A stretch of 64,000 bases of DNA from Gammaproteobacteria bacterium (GTDB taxonomy: Bacteria > Pseudomonadota > Gammaproteobacteria > Eutrophobiales > Eutrophobiaceae). This document shows, one piece after another, positions 28,139-38,500 of this stretch. Numbering within the stretch: position 1 is the stretch's first letter; the number at the start of each line of letters is the position of its first letter. The notes below the pieces were generated by a model. The model was not told where the DNA came from. It worked only from the letters and a program-made list of their open reading frames with translations, and ran no database searches. The stretch lies in the NCBI GenBank assembly GCA_965204045.1, contig CBDBDW010000002.1, positions 3,139,730-3,203,729 on the forward strand, in the 5' to 3' direction. A program made the translations under genes and the position numbers.

Positions 28139-29112
28139 TGAAAATATGTATCTATGGCGCCGGCGCTATCGGGGGGTATTTGGGCGCCCTGCTCTCCCTG
28201 TCAGGGGTTGACGTTACCCTGGTTGCGCGCGGACCGCACCTGCAGGCAATGCGGAAAAACGGTCTGAAAATCATTGCCGGCGGAGAGGCAAAAACGGCAT
28301 ATCCGAAATGCACCGATAATCCTGTTGAAGCGGGTCGCCAGGACTATGTAATTATTACCCTGAAAGCCCCATCGGTGCCGAAAGTCCTGGATGCGATGCA
28401 GCCGTTGCTGGGAGAGCGAACCAGTGTAGTTACTACCGCCAATGGCATCCCCTGGTGGTATTTTTACGGTCTCAAGGGGCACTGGGAGAACCATCGGCTG
28501 AAAAGTGTTGACCCGGATAACCGTCAATGGGAAGAGATAGGCCCGGAACGCGTCATCGGTTGCGTTGTTTACCCTGCCTGTGAAATCAGTGAACCGGGCG
28601 TAATCAGGCACATAGAGGGAAACAGGTTTACCCTCGGCGAACCCGGCGGTGAAAAATCGGAACGCTGCATGCAGTTGAGCAAAGCGCTTATCAGCGCCGG
28701 TTTCAAATCACCGGTAAGATCGGAAATCCGCAATGAAATCTGGGTGAAGTTATGGGGCAATCTCTGCTTTAATCCCCTCAGCGCCCTGACACACGCCACC
28801 CTGGATGTGATCGCGACAGAACCGGGCACACGCGCCATGGCAAAATCCATGATGCTGGAAGCGCAGGCTATCGGGGAAAAGCTGGGGGTGCGGTTCGGGG
28901 TTGACGTGGAAAGGCGGATCGACGGCGCCGCGGCCGTGGGAGCACACAAAACATCCATGCTCCAGGACCTGGAAGCCGGCAGGACCATGGAAATCGATGC
29001 AATGCTGGGTGCGGTAAAGGAACTGGGAGAACTGGTCGGCGTGGCAACGCCGATAATCGACCTGGTACTGGCGCTGGTACGGCAACGGGCGCGTGTTGCG
29101 GGTTGTTATTAG
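28135..29112 (+). CDS. 2-dehydropantoate 2-reductase family (ApbA/PanE-type ketopantoate reductase-like)
   Basis: MMKICIYGAGAIGGYLGALL Rossmann motif; 4-bp overlap with upstream ligase. Confidence 0.8.
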   Translation: MMKICIYGAGAIGGYLGALLSLSGVDVTLVARGPHLQAMRKNGLKIIAGGEAKTAYPKCTDNPVEAGRQDYVIITLKAPSVPKVLDAMQPLLGERTSVVTTANGIPWWYFYGLKGHWENHRLKSVDPDNRQWEEIGPERVIGCVVYPACEISEPGVIRHIEGNRFTLGEPGGEKSERCMQLSKALISAGFKSPVRSEIRNEIWVKLWGNLCFNPLSALTHATLDVIATEPGTRAMAKSMMLEAQAIGEKLGVRFGVDVERRIDGAAAVGAHKTSMLQDLEAGRTMEIDAMLGAVKELGELVGVATPIIDLVLALVRQRARVAGCY

Positions 29113-29113
29113 C

Positions 29114-30505
29114 ATGCACACATCCATCATTCAATCACTACGGAACAACATTCGCGGCCCGGTGTTATGTCCGGGTGATGCCGATTACGACAAAACACGG
29201 GCCCTGCACAATGGCATGATCGACAAGCGTCCGGCAGCTATCGCACGCTGCACGGGTGTAGCCGATGTGCGTTATTGCGTTAATGCGGCGCGTGAAAACG
29301 ACCTGTTGGTGGCCGTTCGCGGCGGCGGCCATGGGGTGGCAGGGAATGCCAGTTGTGATGAGGGTCTGATGATCGACCTGTCGTTGATGCGCGGCGTCCG
29401 CGTCGATGCCGGGCAACGGATTGCCTGGGTCAGCGGTGGCGCCACGCTGGGCGATATCGACCATGAAACCCAGCCGTTCGGCCTGGTGGCGCCGGCCGGT
29501 GTGGTATCGGAAACGGGGATTGCCGGTCTCGCACTCGGCGGTGGGTTTGGCTGGGTGCGCGGCAAGTACGGAATGACTGTCGATAACATTCTCGGCGTCG
29601 ATATCGTCACTGCCGACGGCGAGTTGCGCCATGCAAGCGCATCGGAGAATCCGGATCTTTTCTGGGCGATACGCGGCGGCGGCGGTAATTTCGGTATAGT
29701 CACGACCTTCGAATTCCGCCTGCACCCGTTAGGACCCCTCGTCATGCATTGTGCGCCGGTATACGCTGGAAACCAGGCGCGTGACATCCTGCAAGGTTGG
29801 CAGGAATTCATGCAGACGGCGCCCGATGAGTTCACGACCGAATTCTTTTTCTGGACGATTCCAGACCACGACACCTTCCCGCCGGACCTGCGCGGCGCGG
29901 ATGTCGTCATCCCGGCCGGCGTCTACGCCGGCCCGGCCGATGAAGGTGAGCGTTACGTACAACCATTGCGGGAACTCGCGACGCCGCTTATCGATCTCAG
30001 CGCCCCACGGCCGTTTACGGTCGTGCAGCAAATGTTCGACATGTACCTGCCGAAAGGTGAGCTGCTGAATTACTGGAAATCGCTATACCTTGATCGTATG
30101 ACGGACGAAGTGTTCGACGCATTGATCACGGTCTTCAATGAACGCCCGGCCAAACGCACACCGTTCGTACTGCATGACTTGCGCGGCGCCAGTTCCCGGG
30201 TCGACGCCGACGCCACCGCGTTCGGCAGCCGCGCCATGCCGTATCTCATGGAGTTCAACTCATCGTGGACAGAGCCCGGGGACACGGATGCCAACATCGC
30301 CTGGACCCGCAAGGTGTGGAATGATATGGCTACGCGTTTCTCCTCCGGTCATGGCGGCTACCTCAACATGACCTCCTACAACGAACACGGCGAAGGCCTG
30401 GTCAAGGAAACCTACGGTGTAAATTACCGGCGCCTGCGCCAGGTCAAACGGCAATACGACCCCGATAACCTGTTCCGCTTGAACGCCAATATCCTGCCGG
30501 CTTAG
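29114..30505 (+). CDS. FAD-linked oxidase (FAD_binding_4 plus BBE-like C-terminus); start at MHTSIIQ
   Basis: VAVRGGGHGVAGN FAD-binding motif; C-terminal ...NLFRLNANI. Confidence 0.8.
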   Translation: MHTSIIQSLRNNIRGPVLCPGDADYDKTRALHNGMIDKRPAAIARCTGVADVRYCVNAARENDLLVAVRGGGHGVAGNASCDEGLMIDLSLMRGVRVDAGQRIAWVSGGATLGDIDHETQPFGLVAPAGVVSETGIAGLALGGGFGWVRGKYGMTVDNILGVDIVTADGELRHASASENPDLFWAIRGGGGNFGIVTTFEFRLHPLGPLVMHCAPVYAGNQARDILQGWQEFMQTAPDEFTTEFFFWTIPDHDTFPPDLRGADVVIPAGVYAGPADEGERYVQPLRELATPLIDLSAPRPFTVVQQMFDMYLPKGELLNYWKSLYLDRMTDEVFDALITVFNERPAKRTPFVLHDLRGASSRVDADATAFGSRAMPYLMEFNSSWTEPGDTDANIAWTRKVWNDMATRFSSGHGGYLNMTSYNEHGEGLVKETYGVNYRRLRQVKRQYDPDNLFRLNANILPA

Positions 30506-30589
30506 CGTTTGAGTACTGGGGCTGGCGGGGTACAAAATTGGAGTATCATAGGTGCAATATGAAAGTATAACTTGCAATTTACTCCTCGT

Positions 30590-30852
30590 GTCCTGACGGG
30601 GCAATCCTGGACGAAATACAGCGGACACCTGAACTTCCGTCGTACCTGCAACCTGTCATTGATGACAGTGGCGCGCCCGGACAACTTATCCTGACCGGGA
30701 GTCAACAATTTGAGGTGATGACCAACATAGGTCAATCTCTACAATATTGCCAAACGACAAATCAAATCCCCGAAACTCTACTTCTATGATGTGGGTCTGG
30801 CGAGTTGGCTGCTTGGCGCCGAAGACGAGCGAGTCGAATTAGCAATATAACT
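30590..30852 (+). pseudogene. Remnant of a COG1373/DUF4143 AAA+ ATPase gene (two out-of-frame fragments, internal deletion)
   Basis: Own translation: ILDEIQRTPELPSYLQPVIDDSGAPGQLILTGSQQFE ... and PKLYFYDVGLASWLLG in another frame; no intact ORF. Confidence 0.5.
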
Positions 30853-30970
30853 TGTTGTTTTATTAAGGATAAATGTTGTGCGTGGTGTCTATTGCAACAT
30901 TTTTCCTAACATTATTTTGGGGCTGGATTCATGATGATTTTGTGTTTCTTTCATCTTCCAATTACATGGC
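30827..30970. repeat. Copy R1 of a about 125-145-bp conserved repeat family (about 95% identical to R2 over about 100 bp; tRNA-like 5' part degenerate)
   Basis: aatataacttgttgttttatt..aatgttgtgcgtggtgtctattgcaacatttttcctaacattattttggggctggattcatga shared with 44176-44300, 46165-46285, 47226-47372. Confidence 0.7.
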
Positions 30971-30998
30971 AATAACTTCCCACAGGTTTTAGTCCAGT

Positions 30999-31724
30999 TC
31001 ATCCAGGGGGTTCCTTGAGAGTGGGTGCCTGTAAAACCGGATCAAGCAGCGGGGACAATCCATGAACCAGTTCACGCTCAGTGGGCAACCCGTCAAAGAC
31101 CAGGTCGAAAAATGATTCATCACTGAAAATCAGGCTGGTCGACGCGCACTCCAGTTCATCAATGCGAAAACGCCACAGCTTGTTGAACTTTGCTTTTCCG
31201 TAAATCAAGACCTTCCCGTTCTTATACATGAGAGCGATATTGGACGTGCCGCCCAGTGTATCAAGCGTGATATCCAGCGCTTCCGAGAGTTCGCGGCCGT
31301 CGGCAATGAGTTTCTCCGTCATGCGAAAACCAACTTCCGAATCGACCCTGCCGGCGAGCTGGCCGTCGAATTGATCCCTGAAATCATCCGCCTTTTCAAA
31401 GTCGCCGTTATGGGCATAAGCAAAACCGAATTTGTCTGAATAAAACGGCTGCATGTCCTCGACGATGTTCGGCAGTCTTAACGGGCGACGCAGGTGGAAC
31501 ACCCACCGGCGTGATTCCAGTTCCCGAAGTGAGTCCAGGCCGTCGGGATCCTCAGCCAGCTTACCGACATGGCGCCGGACATCCAGGCGGCCGTCGTCAG
31601 TCAACCGTGCAACTCCCCAGCCCCACCCGGCAATCCCGTACTTCTCCTGGGTAAGCACCCATTGCTCCAGCCGTGTAAATGGAACCGGCTTTTCAGCGCC
31701 TGCAACCAGAATCTCGCACATATC
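30999..31724 (-). CDS. Class-II (Ntn) glutamine amidotransferase-like protein; start MCEILVAG with Cys2 nucleophile
   Basis: MCEILV N-terminus typical of class-II GATase/YafJ family. Confidence 0.7.
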   Translation of the reverse strand, partial: DMCEILVAGAEKPVPFTRLEQWVLTQEKYGIAGWGWGVARLTDDGRLDVRRHVGKLAEDPDGLDSLRELESRRWVFHLRRPLRLPNIVEDMQPFYSDKFGFAYAHNGDFEKADDFRDQFDGQLAGRVDSEVGFRMTEKLIADGRELSEALDITLDTLGGTSNIALMYKNGKVLIYGKAKFNKLWRFRIDELECASTSLIFSDESFFDLVFDGLPTERELVHGLSPLLDPVLQAPTLKEPPG

Positions 31725-31920
31725 AGTCTTCTTCGATAACAGTGATCGCCCTCTCCGGGCAGGACAGCGCCGCACGGCGCGCCGGATTTTCCTGCCCGGG
31801 AACTATCGGGTCCTGTTTCAGGAGCGCTAATCCCTCATCATCCGGCTCAAAGATTTCAGGCGCAACAGCAACACAACGGTTATGCCCCTGGCAACGATTT
31901 CCATCAATTTTTACGCGCAT
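31723..31920 (-). CDS. Small [3Fe-4S]/[4Fe-4S] ferredoxin (P450 redox partner type)
   Basis: 65 aa, IDGNRCQGHNRCVAVAP ... ALSCPERAI cysteine pattern; adjacent to P450. Confidence 0.75.
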   Translation of the reverse strand: MRVKIDGNRCQGHNRCVAVAPEIFEPDDEGLALLKQDPIVPGQENPARRAALSCPERAITVIEED

Positions 31921-31932
31921 ATCTGTCCTCTT

Positions 31933-33093
31933 CTATCCCGCGGAGGATATGACTTTCAGCGGCCCGATATCATCCCAACGGGTTTCCACCTCTTCAGCCA
32001 GAGTAAATCCTGGCAACATGTTCAGCACTTCATCGATAGCGATGCCGATCTCCGCACGCGCCAGGTTGGAACCCAGGCAACGATGGGGCCCGACACCGAA
32101 TGCGACATGACGGTTGGGGAAACGGTCGATATCAAACTTGTCCGGTTCATCGAACTCCTGCGGGTCCCGGTTGGCGCAGCCGAACAACATCACAGCAGGT
32201 TCACCCTTATGTACGGGACAGCCCTGGAATTCGATATCGTTCACCGCATGGCGGCCAAGCGCAATGACGGGGGAGAAGTAACGCAGCGCTTCCTCTACGG
32301 CCGGGTCGATTAAGGAACGATCTTCAATCAGGCGTTTTTGCAGGTTTTGATCGAGAGCCAGTTGCAGCAGTAATGCCCTGATGGTGAAGTTGGTATTGTC
32401 CAGACCGGCCACCAGCAGGAAGAAACAGAAATTGACTACGACTTCATCATCCAGGTGTTTTCCGTCGATCCTGGCATTCAGAACCAGGGAGACCAGGTCA
32501 TCGCCCGGGTGAGCCCGCCGTTCCGGCAATAACTCCGTAAACATCCGGTAAATATTTTCAGTGGCCTCATTGGCGGCCTGCGGGTCTGAAATCCGGCGGT
32601 AAACGGAATCTTCCACCCACTGCTGGAACTCGGCTTTGAATTCCAGACCAAGCATTCTGCAGATAACCACCGTAGGCAATAACTTGGCATAGCCGTAACT
32701 GAGGTCGTAGGGTTCACCGGAACTCATCAGGTCCTTCAGCAAATCACGGGAAGATTGGCGAATCGCCGGAAACCACTCCCTGATTGCTCTCGGAGAAAAT
32801 CGTCCGACCAGGATTTTTCGGTACTCGGTATGTAACGGGGGATCGGACTCCATCGGCAACATGGGCCGGTCGGTCATCGGAGGAAACATCGTACCCCGGG
32901 CCGGACTGAAATTCGCGGTATCGTGCGCCATGGCCTGCACCGCCTCATAGGTAGGCACCAGCCATAAACCGCCGTAGCGGGACGTCTTGCCTACCCCCTC
33001 CTCCCTCAGGTGTTTATAGTAAGCAACGGGATCGGCGCGAAATTCCGGTGAATTGTGATCAAAATCCGCATGAACTTTAGTCATCTTTCCCAC
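31933..33093 (-). CDS. Cytochrome P450
   Basis: Heme-binding loop FGVGPHRCLGSNLARAE; 386 aa. Confidence 0.9.
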   Translation of the reverse strand: MGKMTKVHADFDHNSPEFRADPVAYYKHLREEGVGKTSRYGGLWLVPTYEAVQAMAHDTANFSPARGTMFPPMTDRPMLPMESDPPLHTEYRKILVGRFSPRAIREWFPAIRQSSRDLLKDLMSSGEPYDLSYGYAKLLPTVVICRMLGLEFKAEFQQWVEDSVYRRISDPQAANEATENIYRMFTELLPERRAHPGDDLVSLVLNARIDGKHLDDEVVVNFCFFLLVAGLDNTNFTIRALLLQLALDQNLQKRLIEDRSLIDPAVEEALRYFSPVIALGRHAVNDIEFQGCPVHKGEPAVMLFGCANRDPQEFDEPDKFDIDRFPNRHVAFGVGPHRCLGSNLARAEIGIAIDEVLNMLPGFTLAEEVETRWDDIGPLKVISSAG

Positions 33094-33103
33094 CCCCTTC
33101 TAA

Positions 33104-34204
33104 TCACCAAAGCACGTAATCGCCGTCTCTCAGGACAGGGAGCCGGTCGCCGCCGGTTTTCACCAGGTCAACCGAGACGGTTACCGGGCATTCCTTTGCA
33201 TAGGGCAGGTCCCTGTGCAGGACCGTGTCCGGTGTTTTGAATGCCTCAGGTCCCACGGTGCCGCCAAGAAATTCGCTGCGCCCATAGCCCCAGTGAAAGC
33301 CGGCCTTTTCATCTTCGATAAACAGGCCTGTGACGCGGGCCGCGTAGTTGTACCCAAAGGCGATTTCGCCCACGTTACGGCGCGCGGGGTCCAAGTCGAG
33401 TTCCTCCCGTAGCGCATCCGCATGAGCGCCGTCGCCCAGCACGTCCGTAATCCGGTTTTCCTCAACGACAAAGCGCGCAATGTCATCATTACCACCAGCA
33501 ACGGGAATGATCCCCCGGGTGCGGGACTTCTCTCCCGGCCGTTCTCCCTCGTAGGGGACAATCCATACTTCACCGGATGGCAGGTTGATGAATGCGTCGC
33601 CTTCCTTGTCAGGATGGAGGTAACCGTTGTCCACATATGCCTGCCGGAAACGCAGGTCGAACAGGCAGGTATCACCCGTGGTGAACCTGACCTCCGCCGC
33701 CCGGGTGTCTTTCATTGCGTCCAGGATGACATTGCCGCGTTCTACCAGGTAACGGGTATCAGCCATCAGACAGGTGTCCTCCATGCTGCGGTTGGCCAGC
33801 GGCATGGACGCTACCCGGAATTGTTCTGCAGAGCCTTTATTTTGGCCGAACGCCATCAACGGACCTGTAATCGAGACTTCCGTCATGGAGATGACCACCG
33901 TAGCCTGATCGAGCACTTCGGTGAAGGGTTTTTTCTCCCCCGCAACCGAGGCATACGCCGGAAACTCGGCGTTCGCGTCCGCCACTGCCGGAAAGGAAAC
34001 AAGCGGCAACGCCTTGAAACCGTGTCTTTCACCCATTGCCGCGATTTGATCGCGCCAGTCGGCAGCCATTTCACGCCGTTCCTGCCAGGCCGGATTATCT
34101 TCGGACGCAGATGCGGGCAGATCTGCCAGGATCGCAAACACGTCACCAGGCCGCGGGCCGAACACTTCGGCCACCAGGCTCTCGAGGTTGAATTTCTTCG
34201 TCAT
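33104..34204 (-). CDS. Hypothetical protein (about 366 aa from MTKKFNLESL), possibly a metallopeptidase-like hydrolase
   Basis: Long ORF in operon; N-terminal 68 codons of the track ORF overlap the P450 terminator region and are unlikely coding. Confidence 0.55.
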   Translation of the reverse strand: MTKKFNLESLVAEVFGPRPGDVFAILADLPASASEDNPAWQERREMAADWRDQIAAMGERHGFKALPLVSFPAVADANAEFPAYASVAGEKKPFTEVLDQATVVISMTEVSITGPLMAFGQNKGSAEQFRVASMPLANRSMEDTCLMADTRYLVERGNVILDAMKDTRAAEVRFTTGDTCLFDLRFRQAYVDNGYLHPDKEGDAFINLPSGEVWIVPYEGERPGEKSRTRGIIPVAGGNDDIARFVVEENRITDVLGDGAHADALREELDLDPARRNVGEIAFGYNYAARVTGLFIEDEKAGFHWGYGRSEFLGGTVGPEAFKTPDTVLHRDLPYAKECPVTVSVDLVKTGGDRLPVLRDGDYVLW

Positions 34205-34968
34205 AACTTCCACACTTCCATGCAACGGTTTATCATCGCAACTACCTGGTCTGCGGCTTCGAGATGGACATAATGACCCGATGCAATGACCTGTCCGATG
34301 AGGGCCCCAGGTTGATGTGCAAGCAATACTTCGGGTTCGCTGTTGCGGCCTGCCCAGAAACCGGCTACCGGAACAGTGATGCGTGATAAGGCGTTCCCGC
34401 CATCCCACGCCAGCATGCCGGCGAAGGATTGCATCAAGGTATCCGGATCAATTTTTTCCATTATTTCGGCGCGCCCTGCAACGGCTGTTTTATCGTCATA
34501 CGGTCCCGACTGGGCGTCTATCAAAATATTCCTCGCTTCTTCATAGCCGTCTCCCCGCAGCATTTCCAGCAAGCCTTCCCAACCGCTGCGGGTATCCGGA
34601 TCGAGAACCACGGGCGCAGGATCCAGCAACATGACGGCCGCAACCTCGTCAGAATGCCGGGCGGCCATCTCCAACGCGACAAGGGCACCCATGCTGTGCC
34701 CGATCAATACGGGTTTTTCCAGGCCTGCAGCCTGGACAACCCTGCGAATTTCCCCGGCGCTGTTCCCGATGCTGATGGGCGATGCCGGCGCCGGGTTCTC
34801 TCCATGACCCGGCAGGTCGATGAGAAGCGTAGAACCGTTACTGATACGCCACCACTCAGCCAGGCCGGCCATGAATTGCCTGTGACCCAGTAATGCATGG
34901 AGGAACACCGCAGGCCGTCCCCCTGCCTCGATCAAGTCATGGGCCAGTAACTCAGACCGTGTCGGCAT
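34201..34968 (-). CDS. Alpha/beta-hydrolase fold protein
   Basis: GHSMG nucleophile elbow, HG oxyanion region. Confidence 0.75.
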   Translation of the reverse strand: MPTRSELLAHDLIEAGGRPAVFLHALLGHRQFMAGLAEWWRISNGSTLLIDLPGHGENPAPASPISIGNSAGEIRRVVQAAGLEKPVLIGHSMGALVALEMAARHSDEVAAVMLLDPAPVVLDPDTRSGWEGLLEMLRGDGYEEARNILIDAQSGPYDDKTAVAGRAEIMEKIDPDTLMQSFAGMLAWDGGNALSRITVPVAGFWAGRNSEPEVLLAHQPGALIGQVIASGHYVHLEAADQVVAMINRCMEVWKL

Positions 34969-36355
34969 ACCGCATCAACTCCCAGTCTGACACATCGTCC
35001 TCGGATGAATCCCCGACAGCTTCATTGTAGGCGTCCAGTTCCACGCGCCGGTTGTGGGCATAGAAGCGCACAAAATCCTCCCCCAGGTACGCGTTGGCAA
35101 TTTCACTCTGTTCAAAGACGTCAAGCGCTTCGGCCATGGTAGTCGGTACGCTTTGCAGGGACTCGTTCATATACCCGTCACCCACCACGGGAGCAGGCGG
35201 TTCGAGTTCGTTTTCTATCCCATAGGCCATACCCGCCAGGCACATGGCGATGGACAGGTAGGGATTTGCATCTGCGCCCCCGGTCCTCTGCTCAATCCGG
35301 CACGTGGATGGCGAGTCGACTACAGTACGCAGGGCAATCGACTTGTTGTCATGACCCCATCCTACCAGGTGCCCCGTGGAATAATGCGCAGCGAAGCGGC
35401 GGTATGAATTACGGGTCGGACAGCACATCAGGGTGAAATCCCGCAACGTGGCCAGTTCTCCGGCAACGGCCTGCTTGATGATCCTCGAGCGTTTGTCCGC
35501 CTTGGTTTCATCGTAAAATACGGGCCTGTCGTCCTGCCACAGGGAGTGGTTGATGTGGATGCCATTCCCGAAACCCTGCATGGTCGGTTTCGCCATGAAA
35601 TTGGGGAACAAATCCTGTTGTGACGCAATTTCCCGGATCGCGTGTTTGAACAGGAATGCCGTATCGGCTGCCGTTGTTGCGGGTTCCGGCGTCAGGTTGA
35701 ATTCCTGCATGCCGGGCCCGAATTCCGCCGACCAGACTTCAATGGGCATACCGAACTCCTGCAGGGCTTTGCGCACCGGCTGTACCAGCGGCGCATCACG
35801 GCCGCTGCGGGTTAGGCTGTAACACTGGGCGGTCGGCGACAAGGGCGTCATGTTGCGATAGCCTTTCCGGTATGCCGATTCCTCCGTCTCGCGAAACAAC
35901 AACCATTCCAGTTCCATCGAAAACATCGCCCTGAAGCCCAGTCCCACCAGGCGCTCTTCGAGTCGCCTGACCAGGGCGCGCGGCATGAACTCCAGGGGCC
36001 ATTTGTTTTCCGCGTGCTCATAATCACAGATAACCAGGGCGTTGGCATCCTGCCAGGGAACCAGGCGCACCGTTGCCGGATCCGGGACCAGGCGCAAATC
36101 GGTAAACCCTTCATCCCATGAAGGCCACCAGCCGCTGCCTCCCTCCGGTGGTGGAGAGGGCACGCCTGCGCAATCCATCATTATCATGAAACTGGAAATA
36201 TTTACCGTGGTCGCCGGGTCGGCAAGAAATCGCTTTGCAGGGATATGTTTGCCGCGCGCAATACCGTGGAGATCCGCTGCAACAAACGAGACTGAATCGA
36301 GTTCATGTCGTTCGATGAGATCCAGTATGGGCATGTAATTATTTGTCGAGTTCAC
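34952..36355 (-). CDS. Glutamine synthetase family protein (gamma-glutamyl-polyamine synthetase, PuuA-like)
   Basis: 467 aa GS catalytic-domain architecture. Confidence 0.8.
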   Translation of the reverse strand: MNSTNNYMPILDLIERHELDSVSFVAADLHGIARGKHIPAKRFLADPATTVNISSFMIMMDCAGVPSPPPEGGSGWWPSWDEGFTDLRLVPDPATVRLVPWQDANALVICDYEHAENKWPLEFMPRALVRRLEERLVGLGFRAMFSMELEWLLFRETEESAYRKGYRNMTPLSPTAQCYSLTRSGRDAPLVQPVRKALQEFGMPIEVWSAEFGPGMQEFNLTPEPATTAADTAFLFKHAIREIASQQDLFPNFMAKPTMQGFGNGIHINHSLWQDDRPVFYDETKADKRSRIIKQAVAGELATLRDFTLMCCPTRNSYRRFAAHYSTGHLVGWGHDNKSIALRTVVDSPSTCRIEQRTGGADANPYLSIAMCLAGMAYGIENELEPPAPVVGDGYMNESLQSVPTTMAEALDVFEQSEIANAYLGEDFVRFYAHNRRVELDAYNEAVGDSSEDDVSDWELMRYADTV

Positions 36356-36619
36356 AGTAATTACCCTTCAGCAGTTTTTCGTGAGGGATAAATACCGATA
36401 CCCGTCGGTATATTCCCCCGAGCAGCGAATACATATCATAGGATTAACATGACTGATTTGAAGTGTCCTAATAATACAATTTTTATAACAATTTAAAAAA
36501 ACGCCCATATAGAACCCTGCGGCAAATCAGGTTTACTGCGGTGACCGGCGCGGCGACTGGTTGAGTGGTAAACCACCCGGTGCTATGATTCATGTCCCTG
36601 TCAAGTTCCGTGAACAGCA

Positions 36620-38470
36620 GTGATAAATATCACCGGCAACAACGTTTATAAGTTCCCTCCGTTCCGGCTCAACCTGGCTGAAGCAACGCTGCACAGGGAC
36701 GCGGTTGAACTGCAGGTGCGGCCAAAAACTTTCTCGGTACTCTCAGTACTGGTTCAAAATCATAATAAACTGGTGACAAAAGACAACCTCATGCTGACCG
36801 TCTGGCCCGATGTCATCGTTGAAGATCAGGCATTGAAAAACTGCATAAGGGAACTGCGGCAAATTCTTGGAGACAACCCGCGCTCAGCCGAGTTTATCCA
36901 GACCGTGCACGGCCGGGGTTACAGGTTTATTGCACCCGTGTCCGGCGTCGACCTTGACCCTGCGGATAATTTGCAGAATGACGAGCCTGAACGGCAACAT
37001 ATACTTGTCGATCGGGATGAACCGCTGGCGCAGCTCAATGAATACCTGTCCCGGGCGCTGGCGGGAGAACGGCAATTGGTATTCATAAATGGTGAAGCCG
37101 GGATTGGGAAAAGTGCGCTTGCCGATACGTTCTTCAAACAGGTATTGCCCGATCGAGTGATGTTATCAGGCCAGGGGCAGTGCATAGAGCGACGCGGCAC
37201 GGTAGACGCCTTCATGCCTTTCATAGATGCGCTTGTCGATGCCTGTAAAACAGCCGGATTCGATGCTTTTTCACTCATTGAGCAGCATGCGCCTAACTGG
37301 TACCGGCGGTTGCCCGGCCAAAAAACACGAACCCGTTCAGGTATGACGGGTTCAGGGCTTGCATACAATGATAATGACGGGATGCTCCTGGAAATGGCGG
37401 AAGCACTGGAAACCATAACCAGGAATTATCCCGTCTTGATTTTGCTCGAAGATGTGCAATGGTGTGACAATGCGACCCTGGAATTACTGGCTTTTTTAGC
37501 CCGACGCCGCAACGCCGCCAAGTTCCTGGTGATTGCGACGTATCGAATAGAAGACGTGGTCGGCACGGAGCATCCACTGCCTGCGGTCAAGCAGGAGTTG
37601 CTGGTACACAAACGCTGCGCGGCGATTAATTTACCTCCCCTGACAATCAATGGAATTCACAGGTTTCTCCTCCGGCGCTTCACCCCGGTAGACTCCGCTT
37701 CACTCGATTTGCGCCGTCTGGCAGTAAAAATTCATGGTCGGACAGACGGTAATCCACTGTTCATGACGGAATTCCTCCAGCATTTGATTAACAAGAATTA
37801 TCTTGTCATGGAACAAGAAAACTGGCGCTTGAAATATGATCTGGATGTTGCGGTGAATGAAATTCCTGCAGACCTGAAATTGTTTATCGACGTGCTCGTA
37901 AACAGGCTGGATCCCCTGCCGCGTCACATCCTGGAGATCGCCAGCCTGGCCGGCCCGAAGTTTTCTGCGCGTTTGATTACCGGACTGGTCAATTCAGGCA
38001 TCTTTGAGATTGAGGAGATCTGCTCACAACTGGCAGAGCGTGAATTTATGCTGGCATTCGACAATGAGAAAATTCTGGAGGACGGCAGTTCGGTACAGCG
38101 CTTCCGCTTTATTCATAGCGTGCACCAGGAGACGCTCGCAAATAGAATGCCGGCGGCGCACCGGATTCGTACCTTGAGGGCCATAGCAGAACGCATAGAA
38201 AACCTGTATGCCAGTGACACATCGGAAGTCAATGCTGAGCTTGCGAGCCTCTTTGAACGGGGAAAGATGTATGACAAGGCCATACAATATTTTTTCATGA
38301 ATGCCTGCCAACTCAGCGACAGAGGGGCGGAGCGAGAAGCCCGGTCTCAATTTGCCAGGGGCAGTGAATTACTTAACCTGGTACGGGAGTTGAATGTTCA
38401 GCGGGGGTTGGTCGAAAGGCTTCGAACAACCCGGGAAAAATTGTATGGAAACAAGTCTGCTTTGGCTTGA
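36620..38470 (+). CDS. Transcriptional regulator: N-terminal OmpR/CadC-type winged helix plus AAA/NB-ARC-like ATPase domain; GTG start
   Basis: wHTH ...WPDVIVEDQALKNCIRELRQILGD...HGRGYRF; Walker A LVFINGEAGIGKSAL. Confidence 0.8.
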   Translation: MINITGNNVYKFPPFRLNLAEATLHRDAVELQVRPKTFSVLSVLVQNHNKLVTKDNLMLTVWPDVIVEDQALKNCIRELRQILGDNPRSAEFIQTVHGRGYRFIAPVSGVDLDPADNLQNDEPERQHILVDRDEPLAQLNEYLSRALAGERQLVFINGEAGIGKSALADTFFKQVLPDRVMLSGQGQCIERRGTVDAFMPFIDALVDACKTAGFDAFSLIEQHAPNWYRRLPGQKTRTRSGMTGSGLAYNDNDGMLLEMAEALETITRNYPVLILLEDVQWCDNATLELLAFLARRRNAAKFLVIATYRIEDVVGTEHPLPAVKQELLVHKRCAAINLPPLTINGIHRFLLRRFTPVDSASLDLRRLAVKIHGRTDGNPLFMTEFLQHLINKNYLVMEQENWRLKYDLDVAVNEIPADLKLFIDVLVNRLDPLPRHILEIASLAGPKFSARLITGLVNSGIFEIEEICSQLAEREFMLAFDNEKILEDGSSVQRFRFIHSVHQETLANRMPAAHRIRTLRAIAERIENLYASDTSEVNAELASLFERGKMYDKAIQYFFMNACQLSDRGAEREARSQFARGSELLNLVRELNVQRGLVERLRTTREKLYGNKSALA

Positions 38471-38500
38471 TAAAAACCTTTACGGTACGGCCACCGCGGT

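Noticed and set aside
30941-30985. Mini-ORF MMILCFFHLP... inside the R1/R4 repeat extension
   Set aside because: The R1 and R4 copies differ by indels that shift the frame, so conservation is at DNA level, not protein level.
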